Shown here in pieces: positions 7,803-16,784 of a DNA stretch of 64,000 nucleotides (the first letter of the stretch is position 1; the number at the start of each line of letters is the position of its first letter). The stretch spans positions 2,496,001-2,560,000 of the forward strand of contig CAXXDV010000001.1 of assembly GCA_963674745.2 (NCBI GenBank), given 5' to 3'. The stretch comes from Desulfosudaceae bacterium. Its GTDB lineage: Bacteria; Desulfobacterota; Desulfobacteria; Desulfobacterales; Desulfosudaceae. Below the pieces are notes generated by a model. That model made no database searches and was not told the origin of the DNA. It worked only from the letters and a program-made list of their open reading frames with translations. The position numbers were made by a program, and so were the translations under genes.

Positions 7803-9311
7803 ATGAAAAAAAGCTTTTTAATCGTGGCACAACTGGTTGTTGTCGCCATGGCCTCATTCGTTTGGGCGGCTCCGGTGCCGTCAACCATAAACTATCAGGG
7901 CTACCTGACCGACGACGCCGGCAACCCCCTGCCTGACGGGAGTTATGATATGACGTTTCGTATCTATGACGTGGCGGCCGGCGGCGCCACCCTGTGGACC
8001 GAAAGCAGGACCGGCCCCAACCAGGTGCCGCTGGTCAACAGTCGCTTCAGTGTCGACCTGGGATCGGTGACCACTTTTGCCAGTGCCGGTCTTGATTTTA
8101 ATCAAGCCTATTTTCTGGAGGTGCAGCTCGGCGCCGATCCGCCTTTTGCCCCGCGATTCGCCTTTACCACGGTACCCTATGCCATGCATGCCGAAAATGT
8201 TGCCGGTACGCCACTTCCGGCCGGGGCAGTGGTGGGGACGACCGATGTGCAGACACTGACCAACAAGACCCTGACCAATTCGGTGATTTCCAGTAGTACC
8301 ATCGACAACGCCACCATCGGCGGGACCACACCGGCCGCCGGGACGTTTACGGACTTATCGGTAAGCGGCGATTTGACGGTGGCCGGGAGTATTATCGCCA
8401 ACATGACCATCACCGGAACCGAGAAAACCGCCGATTATACCCTGACCGCTGATGACGAGATCATTCTGGTGAATACCGCTTCCGGACCGGTGACCGTGAC
8501 CCTTCCCGCAGCCGCCGGCAATGCCGGGCGCACTTATGTTGTGGTTTTGAAAACCGCCGGCAATCCCCTGACCATATCCCCCGACGGGGCGGAAACCATT
8601 AATGGCGGTTCCGCCCTGGTCCTGGACCGATCCCATCAGGCCATCCGGCTGGTCAGTGACGGTACCGGCTGGCGGGCCGTAGGGGAAGTGGGAAATGTCG
8701 CCCTGGTCCGGCAGAACACCGATCTGGACAGCGGCGCCGGCCCGGATACCCTGTCCGACCTGGTGGTGTTGGCGGATATGATCATCAATGGCAGCCAATG
8801 CGTGGGATATGACTGCGCCGTCGGAGAGGTGTTTGATTTTGACACCCTGATCCTCAAGGAAAATAATCTTAGAATACATTTTTACGATACCAGTAACTCA
8901 GGTACTTTTCCCTCCAACGATTGGCGTATTACCGTCAATGACGCCACCAGCGGGGGGCGGAATTATTTTGCCATCGATGACGTCACCGCCGGCAAAAGGG
9001 CCCTGGAAATCGCGACCGGCGGCAATGTCGGCATCGGTACGGTTGACGCCCCTCAGGGAAGACTGGAGGTGAAAAACACCGCCCTGGAGACCGTTCTGAT
9101 GGTGACCGATGACGGCAAGGTCGGGATCGGCACGGCCACGCCCGGTGAAAAATTCGTCATCGAATTCGCCCCCGGGGTGGATATCGAGATCGGACAGGGA
9201 ACGGCTGATCCGGATGTGACCTTCATCGCCCTGAGAAGCCCTGACGGCACAAGATATTACATTACGGTGGATGATGCGGGGAACCTGGTGGCCTCTACCA
9301 TCCATCCCTGA
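7803..9311 (+). CDS. Secreted phage-fibre-like protein, paralog 1
   Basis: Signal peptide (MKKSFLIVAQ...VWA) and N-domain VPSTINYQGYLTD. Contains a TQTLTNKTL segment, GNVGIGT/GKVGIGT beta-repeats and a C-terminal LRSPDGTRYYITVDDAGNL. Colinear with 10807-12897. Confidence 0.7.
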   Translation: MKKSFLIVAQLVVVAMASFVWAAPVPSTINYQGYLTDDAGNPLPDGSYDMTFRIYDVAAGGATLWTESRTGPNQVPLVNSRFSVDLGSVTTFASAGLDFNQAYFLEVQLGADPPFAPRFAFTTVPYAMHAENVAGTPLPAGAVVGTTDVQTLTNKTLTNSVISSSTIDNATIGGTTPAAGTFTDLSVSGDLTVAGSIIANMTITGTEKTADYTLTADDEIILVNTASGPVTVTLPAAAGNAGRTYVVVLKTAGNPLTISPDGAETINGGSALVLDRSHQAIRLVSDGTGWRAVGEVGNVALVRQNTDLDSGAGPDTLSDLVVLADMIINGSQCVGYDCAVGEVFDFDTLILKENNLRIHFYDTSNSGTFPSNDWRITVNDATSGGRNYFAIDDVTAGKRALEIATGGNVGIGTVDAPQGRLEVKNTALETVLMVTDDGKVGIGTATPGEKFVIEFAPGVDIEIGQGTADPDVTFIALRSPDGTRYYITVDDAGNLVASTIHP

Positions 9312-9340
9312 TGCTAATCTGAAATACAATTTTCACATGA

Positions 9341-10759
9341 GTGACAGCAAGTATGAATATGAATCTTAATAAAGATGGTTGGAAAAGAACCCCTCTGATT
9401 GTTGCCGGATTCCTTCTGGTGCTGCTCCTTTTGGCCGGCGGCTTGTCCAGCGCCCGGGCGGCAAAGCAGGTCGACCAGCTCATGTCTTCGGGCAGTGAAT
9501 GGTTTCTGGGCGCTCAAATCGCTCAATACGGCATTGTCGGTCAATCTTCGCCCCTGGGGGTTGCCGTCAGCCCCGGTACGGCCCGGCTGGTATCCGGTCC
9601 GCTGCTGATGTACAACGGCATCGCGGCTTATTCGGAAGCGGACAGTGACGGCGACGGCACGCCCGATGCCATGGACGCCTTTCCGGCAGATCCTGCCGAG
9701 GATACGGACACGGACGGCGACGGTATCGGCAATGTGGCCGATCCGGACGATGACAATGACGGCGTAAATGATAATGCCGATGCCTTTCCCCTGGATCCCA
9801 ATGAGTGGGCGGATTCGGATGGTGACGGGGTCGGTGACAATGCCGATGCCTTTCCCACCGACCCCACTGAATATGTGGACACGGACGGCGACGGGGTTGG
9901 CGACAATGCCGATGCCTTTCCCGACGATCCGGGTGAATGGCAGGATTCGGACGGCGACGGTATCGGTGATAACAGTGATGATACACCCTTCGGCCCCGAT
10001 GACGTCAAAGATACGGATGGGGACGGCGTAGATGATAACAACGATGCCTTTCCCCTGGATCCCGATGAGTGGGTGGATTCTGATGGTGACGGGGTCGGCG
10101 ACAATGCCGATGCCTTCCCCGACGATCCCACCGAATACGCAGACACGGACGGTGACGGGATCGGCGACGCAGAGGAGAACAACGGGCCCAATAACGGTGA
10201 TGGAAATAACGATGGGATACCCGACAGCCGGCAGGGCAATGTGGCCTCTTTTATTCCCTTTAACGGCCAGGGATATGTCACCCTGGAATCCCCGGCCGGT
10301 ACTTTTCTGAGCGAATGCGGGGCCGCAGACAACCCTTCCGCCGGAGAGGGACCGGATGGGATCGGTTTTCCCTATGACTTTTTGGAATTCACCATCAACC
10401 GGATCGGTGCCGGCGGGGCCACTATTTTGAAAATATATTTTTCGGATCAAGTGGCCGTTAATACCTATTATCAGTATGGACCGACACCGCAAAACCCGGC
10501 AGCCCACTGGTACGAATTTCTGTTTGATGAACTTACGGGCGCGGTCATTGATACCGCCAATCGCGTCGTTACCCTCTATTTTGAAGACGGTGCCAGGGGC
10601 GATGACGAACCGGTGCCGGATGGCCAGATTGCCTGCCTGGGCGGACCGGGTGCCGGTCAGGACGATTCACCTTCTGACGATGACGGGGATGATACGGGCG
10701 CTACGAGTGGCGGATCCGGCGGTTCCGGTGGGTGTTTTATCGAGCAGTTGCGAAAATGA
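9341..10759 (+). CDS. Secreted protein with thrombospondin type-3-like Ca-binding repeats, a choice-of-anchor-U-like domain and a C-terminal GGCFI motif
   Basis: Signal peptide; about nine DxDGDGxGDNADAFPxDPxE units; domain GYVTLESPAGT...FPYDFLEFTI...YYQYGPTPQNPAAHWYEF...DGARGDD; ends in GGSGGSGGCFIEQLRK. The start codon is uncertain (9341, 9353 or 9359). Confidence 0.78.
   Translation: MTASMNMNLNKDGWKRTPLIVAGFLLVLLLLAGGLSSARAAKQVDQLMSSGSEWFLGAQIAQYGIVGQSSPLGVAVSPGTARLVSGPLLMYNGIAAYSEADSDGDGTPDAMDAFPADPAEDTDTDGDGIGNVADPDDDNDGVNDNADAFPLDPNEWADSDGDGVGDNADAFPTDPTEYVDTDGDGVGDNADAFPDDPGEWQDSDGDGIGDNSDDTPFGPDDVKDTDGDGVDDNNDAFPLDPDEWVDSDGDGVGDNADAFPDDPTEYADTDGDGIGDAEENNGPNNGDGNNDGIPDSRQGNVASFIPFNGQGYVTLESPAGTFLSECGAADNPSAGEGPDGIGFPYDFLEFTINRIGAGGATILKIYFSDQVAVNTYYQYGPTPQNPAAHWYEFLFDELTGAVIDTANRVVTLYFEDGARGDDEPVPDGQIACLGGPGAGQDDSPSDDDGDDTGATSGGSGGSGGCFIEQLRK
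9641..10230 (+). repeat. Intragenic tandem repeats (mostly 66-bp period) encoding TSP3-like units
   Basis: GACGGCGACGG..GGCGACAATGCCGATGCCTT recurs in frame. Confidence 0.85.
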
Positions 10760-10806
10760 AAAACGTAGGCCCGATGAGGCGTGAAGACCGGGCCGGGAGA
10801 CAGAAT

Positions 10807-12897
10807 ATGCGGAAAACCTTTTTGATTTTCATCATGATCATTGCCGGCCTTGTGCCGGCAATTGTCGGCCGGGCCGCGCCCGTCCCTTCGGTCATCAATT
10901 ATCAGGGATATTTAAGCAACCTCAACGGCAACCCTCTGCCCGATGGCAATTATGACATGACCTTCACCTTTTTCGACAGCCTGACCGGCGGCAGCCCCCT
11001 GTGGACCGAGGTGTGGGACGGGGGCAACCCGGTCCCGGTGGTAAACGGCCGGTTTAACGTCAGCCTGGGCGCTATTTCCCCGTTTGCCGGCACTCCGCTT
11101 CTGTTTGACCGGAACTATTACCTGGAAGTGACCGTCGATACTTATGGCCCCATGGCCCCGCGCCTGGAACTGACGGCGGTGCCCTATACCAATCAGGCCA
11201 GGAACGTCGCTGCCATGGCCGCTCTGTCCGGGGCCGTGGCAGGCACTTCCGATACGCAGACCCTGACGGCCAAAGCCATCGTTGATGGGGCCATCAACGG
11301 CAATACCATCAATGACACCCAGATTACCGCCTCCACGGGGACCTTCACCTCGGTTTCGACCACCGGCGGCCTGACCGCCAGCGGACAAATCCTGAGCCGG
11401 GTCATAATTGATGGGGCGCCGAAAACGGCTAATTACGCGGTGACACCCGCGGACGATCATATCCTGGTGGATGCCTCGGCCGGGACCGTGACGGTGACCC
11501 TCCCTCCGGCCGCCGGCAACGGCGGCGATGCCTGTACCATTACCTTGACGACCGGGGACCCCAACCCGGTCACCCCGGACCTGATCATCAATCCGTCCGG
11601 AGCCGAAACCATCAGCGGCCGGCCGGAACTGCGGTTTTTCCGGCCGGGCCAATCCCTGCGGCTGATCAGTGACGGCGCCAACTGGCAGGCCGTCGACGAT
11701 GTCGGCAATGTCATCGGCCAGTATCTGTTCAGCAACCCCACCAACGGCGGCCTGCTGGTCGGCGGCAGCAACTGCGTCGGCACGGATTGCGCGAGCGGGG
11801 AAAATTTCGATGCCGACACCCTGCGCTTCAAGGAGAACAATCTTCGCGTTCTTTTTAACGATACCAGCGTAATCCCGGATTTTCCCGCCAATGACTGGCG
11901 GCTGACCGCCAACGATTCGACCAACGGCGGCCGCAACTATTTTTCCATCGATGACGTCACCAACGGGGTCTCGGCCCTGATGGTCGCCCCCGGCGGCAAC
12001 GTGCGCCTGGCCGCCGGAAGCGCTCCCCCCTGCGGGCGGCTGGATGTGCAGTCGGCTCTCCGTGATATCGGAACGGTCTCCATCGGGCTGGCGGACGCTA
12101 CCGGGACCATCACCACGGGAGCAGCCTACAACACGTTCATAGATATTATCTCCACTTCAGGCACGACTGTGACCGGTTTGGGTATTACAGGTGGTTTTAC
12201 CGCCACTCTGATCGTCGGTTGTCAAATATCCGCTGTCGGCGAAACCAAAACAGTCGTCGCCATTATTGATAATACGCACCTGGAAGTGGATACCGCCTGG
12301 AGCAGCGACCTGACAAATCAGGGGTTATCCCTGTCTTTAATTCCGGTGACCGGCAGCGGGACCTTGTTTATAGCCGAACTGGCGGCAAGAGGCGAGATTA
12401 CCGCCGGAGGCGATACCCAGGTCATTTACAGCGTTTTCGACAATACCTCTTTAGTAATGTTCGCTCCCTGGATCGCCCTGGCCGGGGCTACCTACCAGGC
12501 GCCCCGGGCCCTGATCGGCAGCGGCACGGCTTTTACGGAGGATATCGGCGTGGGGGATACGGTTTTCGTCGACGGCCAGCCCAGACTGGTGACCGCGGTC
12601 AACAGCGACACGGAAGCCGAATTAGACAAGGCATTTGCGACCATTGCCGCGGGCCTGACCGGCCAGGTGCAAAAACCCGCCTTGCTGGTGGCCGATGACG
12701 GCCGGGTGGGTATTGGCACGATCTCACCGGACAATACCTTTGAAGTGGAACTCGCGCCCACGGTTGATGCCGAAATGGGGCGGGGCACCGCCGATCCGGA
12801 CCTCACCTTCTTCTCTTTGAGAAGCCCGAACGGGTCCCAATTCCATATCCAGGTCGACAACGGCGGCAATCTGTCCGGTTCCCCGATTGTGCCTTGA
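10807..12897 (+). CDS. Secreted phage-fibre-like protein, paralog 2 (with ~200-aa insertion)
   Basis: Signal peptide (MRKTFLIFIMII...GRA) and VPSVINYQGYLSN. Same domain order as 7803-9311 plus three GSGTxF-type modules; C-terminal LRSPNGSQFHIQVDNGGNL. Confidence 0.7.
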   Translation: MRKTFLIFIMIIAGLVPAIVGRAAPVPSVINYQGYLSNLNGNPLPDGNYDMTFTFFDSLTGGSPLWTEVWDGGNPVPVVNGRFNVSLGAISPFAGTPLLFDRNYYLEVTVDTYGPMAPRLELTAVPYTNQARNVAAMAALSGAVAGTSDTQTLTAKAIVDGAINGNTINDTQITASTGTFTSVSTTGGLTASGQILSRVIIDGAPKTANYAVTPADDHILVDASAGTVTVTLPPAAGNGGDACTITLTTGDPNPVTPDLIINPSGAETISGRPELRFFRPGQSLRLISDGANWQAVDDVGNVIGQYLFSNPTNGGLLVGGSNCVGTDCASGENFDADTLRFKENNLRVLFNDTSVIPDFPANDWRLTANDSTNGGRNYFSIDDVTNGVSALMVAPGGNVRLAAGSAPPCGRLDVQSALRDIGTVSIGLADATGTITTGAAYNTFIDIISTSGTTVTGLGITGGFTATLIVGCQISAVGETKTVVAIIDNTHLEVDTAWSSDLTNQGLSLSLIPVTGSGTLFIAELAARGEITAGGDTQVIYSVFDNTSLVMFAPWIALAGATYQAPRALIGSGTAFTEDIGVGDTVFVDGQPRLVTAVNSDTEAELDKAFATIAAGLTGQVQKPALLVADDGRVGIGTISPDNTFEVELAPTVDAEMGRGTADPDLTFFSLRSPNGSQFHIQVDNGGNLSGSPIVP

Positions 12898-13147
12898 TTT
12901 TTTCCAACAGGGCCCGGGCTTTCCCGGTATTCTCCCTAAAATAATCAAATGTTGTTCACAAAAGGTCTTTTCAAGTAGCAGGCTGATCATCTCGTCCTGC
13001 CGGGCGGATACACGCAGACACATCCATCTCGAGCGGGATTCCATAATAATCGTTTTTAATTAACGAAAAAAATGGCAAAATGCAAGATGGGGATAAAAAG
13101 TACAGGCAGCGTAATGACGATAGATTAAAAGGAGTTCGGTGCGATGA

Positions 13148-13390
13148 GACCAGATTGAAATTGACGAGTGCGCCAAATGCGGCGGTATCTGGCTGGATGT
13201 GGAAGAGCTGGAACGAATACGGGAACTCTTTCCCACCCAGAAGGTTCGTGAGCGTGCCGGTGATGAACTTGTTCAACGCTTTTTGCAAAGTGATGAGTTT
13301 AAAAACCATGAGCAAAAATTTAATGCCTCAATGGAAAGCATGGGCCGTGTCGCGCGGTTTTTAGAAAGATTGGCTGGCTTTGTATATTAA
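13148..13390 (+). pseudogene. 3' remnant of a zf-TFIIB-like zinc-ribbon protein
   Basis: In-frame QIEIDECAKCGGIWLDVEELERIR follows a TGA at 13145. The first CxxC of the ribbon and an in-frame start are missing. Confidence 0.6.
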
Positions 13391-13408
13391 GAGGATTTTT
13401 TCTGCACT

Positions 13409-14047
13409 ATGTTCAAAAACACAAAATATCTTTTAATCCTGCTGCTGACGGCTTTTTTTGTCGGGAATGCCAGTCGCGCGCCGGCCAATGAACTGGTAGA
13501 AGCCGCCCGGGACCAGATAGGTAAAACCGTTGCTTATGATCCGGGCTACCAGGTCCTTGATTATCCGGGCGGGGACATCCCGATGGATCGGGGTGTGTGT
13601 ACGGATGTCATCATACGGGCTTTGAGGCAGGCCTATAGGATAGATCTGCAGCAGCTGGTGCATGAAGACATGAAAGACAATTTTCCACAATATCCGAAAA
13701 ATTGGGGCTTAAGCCGGCCGGACAAAAACATTGACCATCGCCGCGTGCCCAATCTGAAGCTGTTTTTTAAACGAAAGAAATGGGCTTTGGATGTTTCAGA
13801 TCAGGCGGCTGATTATAAGGCCGGTGATCTGGTGACCTGTACCGTACCGCCCAATCTGCCGCACATCATGATGGTCAGTGACCGTAAAAACGGAAAAGGA
13901 ACGCCTTTCGTAATCCATAACATCGGTTTGGGGACGCGGGAGGAAGACCGCCTGTTCGAATTTGACATCACCGGGCATTATCGTCTGCCCGAGCTTGAAC
14001 CGGCAGGTAGCACGGCCGGGGTAACCGTTCCCCGGAGTGGCATCTGA
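13409..14047 (+). CDS. DUF1287 (YijF-like) exported protein
   Basis: Signal peptide; motifs YDPGY..LDYPGGD...GVCTDVIIRA, DKNIDHRRVPNL and IHNIG. Confidence 0.85.
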   Translation: MFKNTKYLLILLLTAFFVGNASRAPANELVEAARDQIGKTVAYDPGYQVLDYPGGDIPMDRGVCTDVIIRALRQAYRIDLQQLVHEDMKDNFPQYPKNWGLSRPDKNIDHRRVPNLKLFFKRKKWALDVSDQAADYKAGDLVTCTVPPNLPHIMMVSDRKNGKGTPFVIHNIGLGTREEDRLFEFDITGHYRLPELEPAGSTAGVTVPRSGI

Positions 14048-14079
14048 CGGAATAATCGGGTTTATCATAAGAGAGAGCA

Positions 14080-14343
14080 ATGAAAGAATATTTTGATGTC
14101 AGTTCAATCCTTGTTATCCTGGTAACGTTTATTTTATTTGTGATGGCCCTGTTTACAAAAGGGTTTACACATGATTTGCTGCTGGAAGCGGGTGTTTTCC
14201 TGGTCTCAGTCAAACTGATTCTGATGGCCTATAACAACCGTGTCATATCAAAGAAGATTATAGAAGAACTCGATGAGATAAAAACCGGTTGCGTGCATGA
14301 TGTTCACATGGAGAAAGAGGGAGATGAATATTCAACAGATTAA
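14080..14343 (+). CDS. Small hypothetical membrane protein (2 TM)
   Basis: Purine-rich RBS, two hydrophobic segments, and a fit between co-oriented genes. Confidence 0.6.
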   Translation: MKEYFDVSSILVILVTFILFVMALFTKGFTHDLLLEAGVFLVSVKLILMAYNNRVISKKIIEELDEIKTGCVHDVHMEKEGDEYSTD

Positions 14344-14956
14344 ATTAAGCCGGATGGATACCTTCTGCTACCTGATCGCGGACGAGGTCTCAAAGGCATG
14401 CGCCCTCATCGATCCGGCTTTTGATACCGGCAAGATACTCAAGCGGGCGGGCGGGGCCGGTTATAATGTCGTTTATGTCATCAATACTCACGGGCATGCC
14501 GATCACTGTGCCGGAAATGCCGCTGTTATCAAGGCCACCGGCGCCAAACTGATGATTCATGAAAAAGATGCCCACCGTCTCAAAGGGGTGGTGAGCGGCG
14601 TCTTTTCGGCTGCTCTGGGCGGGCGGCCGTCGCCCAGACCGGATGTCCTGTTAAAACATAAGGACACCATATCCGTCGGCGATATCAAGCTGACCGTTCT
14701 GCACACCCCGGGCCATACGCCGGGCAGCATCTGTCTGTATACCACCGGGCATATCTTTACCGGTGACACCCTGTTTGTCGGCGGGGTCGGGCGTACCGAT
14801 CTGCCCGGCGGATCGGCAAGGACGCTACTTTCATCCATCAGGGGGCAGATATACACACTGCCCCAGGATACGGTGGTCTGGCCCGGTCATGATTACGGTG
14901 AAACGCCTTCCTCGACGGTTGCCAGGGAGAAAAAAACCAATCCCTTTACGCGGTAG
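14324..14956 (+). CDS. MBL-fold metallo-hydrolase (glyoxalase II-like)
   Basis: Motifs THGHADH, HTPGHTPGS, FTGDTLF..GRTDL and VWPGHDY. Confidence 0.92.
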   Translation: MNIQQIKLSRMDTFCYLIADEVSKACALIDPAFDTGKILKRAGGAGYNVVYVINTHGHADHCAGNAAVIKATGAKLMIHEKDAHRLKGVVSGVFSAALGGRPSPRPDVLLKHKDTISVGDIKLTVLHTPGHTPGSICLYTTGHIFTGDTLFVGGVGRTDLPGGSARTLLSSIRGQIYTLPQDTVVWPGHDYGETPSSTVAREKKTNPFTR

Positions 14957-14998
14957 ACGTGGTCGAATGCGTCGGAAGACAAAGAAGGGCTTTTTTTG

Positions 14999-16639
14999 AT
15001 GATCGAGGAAAAACGATTGATGAAATGGCCGGCCGCCGGGCTGATTTTTTTGCTGCTTTTCGGTTTTATCCGTCCTTTTTGGGCTCTTTCTGAAGAGATG
15101 GCCGATCAGACCGATGATGTCGTGCTGGAGATGACCCTGGCCGAAGCCATCTCTTTAGCGTTGCGGACCAACCGTTCCGTCCAGATGGCCTATCTGGACC
15201 GGGCCGTTCAAAAGTTTGACCTCAAGGTTGCCGAAGACAAGTTCCGGCCGGATGTTAATTTGGACGGCAATATCAGCCGCACGGATACGGATTATGAAAC
15301 AACCCGGGGGCAGGACAGAACCAAAACCGACACCCTGACCGATGAAATATCCGGAGCCGTAAGCGTTACGGAAACCGTTCCCACCGGAGGGATGTTTCAG
15401 TTCGTCTGGAACCCCTCGCTGAGCGATTCCGAGACCGATGATTTACAGACTGATTCCGGCCTGAGCCGACTGAACTCAGACGGATATACGTCCTCATGGA
15501 ATGTCAGCTTTACCCAGCCGCTTTTAAAAGGAGGCGGTATTGACGTTAATACCGCTTCAGTGACACAGGCCAGGTTGGTGGAGCAGGCCAATATCCTGTA
15601 TTTAAAGTCCACCCTTATCAGCACAGTGACTTCCGTCATTAATGCCTATCGTGCGTTTCAGCAGGTACGGGGGCAGGTTGAGATCAGCAAGGCCTCGCTG
15701 GAAAGGGCCAGAAAACTGGTAGAAATAAACAAGCTGATGATCGAGTCCGGAAGGATGGCCGAGGTCGAATTGGTCCAGAGCGAAGCCGAGGTGGCCAGCA
15801 GAGAGTTCTCCTATGAAGGGGTGTTGAATAATTTTGACCGGGCCAGACTGGCGCTGATCAAGGTTCTGGATATCCCGAAAAACACCCGGTTTATTCTGGC
15901 CGGAGAAGACGATCTCGGGCGAATCGTTCCCGATACGGATAATTGCACCAAAACGGCTTTTAAAAACAGACCGGATTATCTTCAGTCTCTTTTGAGTCTG
16001 GAAGGCACAAAAATAAACCTGATGCTGGCCAAAAACAACCGGCTCTGGGACTTGAATCTGAACGCATCTTATGGTGAGTCAGATAATCGTTCCGAAGAAA
16101 CCATTGACGGTCTGGATGCCCCCAGGTTTAAAACCGACGGTAATGAATGGCGGGTGGGGCTGGATCTCCAGATCCCGATCTGGGGAGACCTTACCCGTGA
16201 ACAGTCCGTCTTAAGTGCGGAAACCAGCCTGAGAAAGGCTAAAATTAACCTGAAGGAGCTGGCCGATAACGTGGAGACGGAGGTTATAGACGCCATCAGG
16301 GATGTTGTGGCCAAGCTTAAACAGGTGGATCTGGCCAGGCTCAGCAGGGAACTGTCCGAGCAGAAACTCATGATAGAGGAGGCCAAACTTAAAGCCGGAC
16401 GTTCCACCAATTTCCAGCTGGTCAGCTTTCAAAACGATCTGGTGAACGCTCAGAACGCCGAGTTGAACGCCATCACCGATTACAGAAACGCTTTGACCGC
16501 TCTGGACCAGGTCCTGGGCACCACACTGGATACCTGGCAGATTGTCTTTAAAAGTGAACAGACGGTTGATGAAAGTGTCTGGCAGGACGGGAGCATGACG
16601 ATTGACGGGGTCAGGAAAAAGCTGAACCGGTCAAATTGA
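14999..16639 (+). CDS. TolC-family outer-membrane channel
   Basis: Signal peptide; MTLAEAISLAL, FTQPLLKG, NRPDY, LQIPIW and KLKAGRSTNFQL: a two-repeat OEP pattern. Confidence 0.88.
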   Translation: MIEEKRLMKWPAAGLIFLLLFGFIRPFWALSEEMADQTDDVVLEMTLAEAISLALRTNRSVQMAYLDRAVQKFDLKVAEDKFRPDVNLDGNISRTDTDYETTRGQDRTKTDTLTDEISGAVSVTETVPTGGMFQFVWNPSLSDSETDDLQTDSGLSRLNSDGYTSSWNVSFTQPLLKGGGIDVNTASVTQARLVEQANILYLKSTLISTVTSVINAYRAFQQVRGQVEISKASLERARKLVEINKLMIESGRMAEVELVQSEAEVASREFSYEGVLNNFDRARLALIKVLDIPKNTRFILAGEDDLGRIVPDTDNCTKTAFKNRPDYLQSLLSLEGTKINLMLAKNNRLWDLNLNASYGESDNRSEETIDGLDAPRFKTDGNEWRVGLDLQIPIWGDLTREQSVLSAETSLRKAKINLKELADNVETEVIDAIRDVVAKLKQVDLARLSRELSEQKLMIEEAKLKAGRSTNFQLVSFQNDLVNAQNAELNAITDYRNALTALDQVLGTTLDTWQIVFKSEQTVDESVWQDGSMTIDGVRKKLNRSN

Positions 16640-16655
16640 ACTTAAAAGTGAAAAT

Positions 16656-16731
16656 TGGTACGCCCGGCAGGATTCGAACCTGCGATCTTCAGCTCCGGAG
16701 GCTGACGCCCTATCCCCTGGGCTACGGGCGC
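16656..16731 (-). tRNA. tRNA-Arg(CCG)
   Basis: The reverse complement reads GCGCCCGTAGCCCAGGGGATAGGGCG-TCAGC-CTCCGGA-GCTGA-AGATC-GCAGG-TTCGAAT-CCTGC-CGGGCGTACCA: a cloverleaf with anticodon CCG and an encoded CCA. Confidence 0.96.
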
Positions 16732-16784
16732 ACACGGTTATAGTCAACCTGTATTTTTAACCCTTCATGATGATGATGTCAATA

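Noticed and set aside
9314..10507. Long minus-strand ORFs (397 aa, 234 aa) and CRISPR-like periodicity
   Set aside because: These are shadows of the in-frame TSP3 coding repeats. The repeats are degenerate at codon third positions, have no unique spacers, and no cas genes are present.
7803..12897. Prophage remnant or diversity-generating retroelement target
   Set aside because: The fibre-like genes have signal peptides. There is no capsid, terminase, integrase or reverse transcriptase, and no adenine-specific TR/VR repeat pair was seen.
16656..16700. attL/attR duplication of the tRNA-Arg 3' end defining a genomic island
   Set aside because: No second copy of the tRNA 3' end and no integrase were found by eye in the window.
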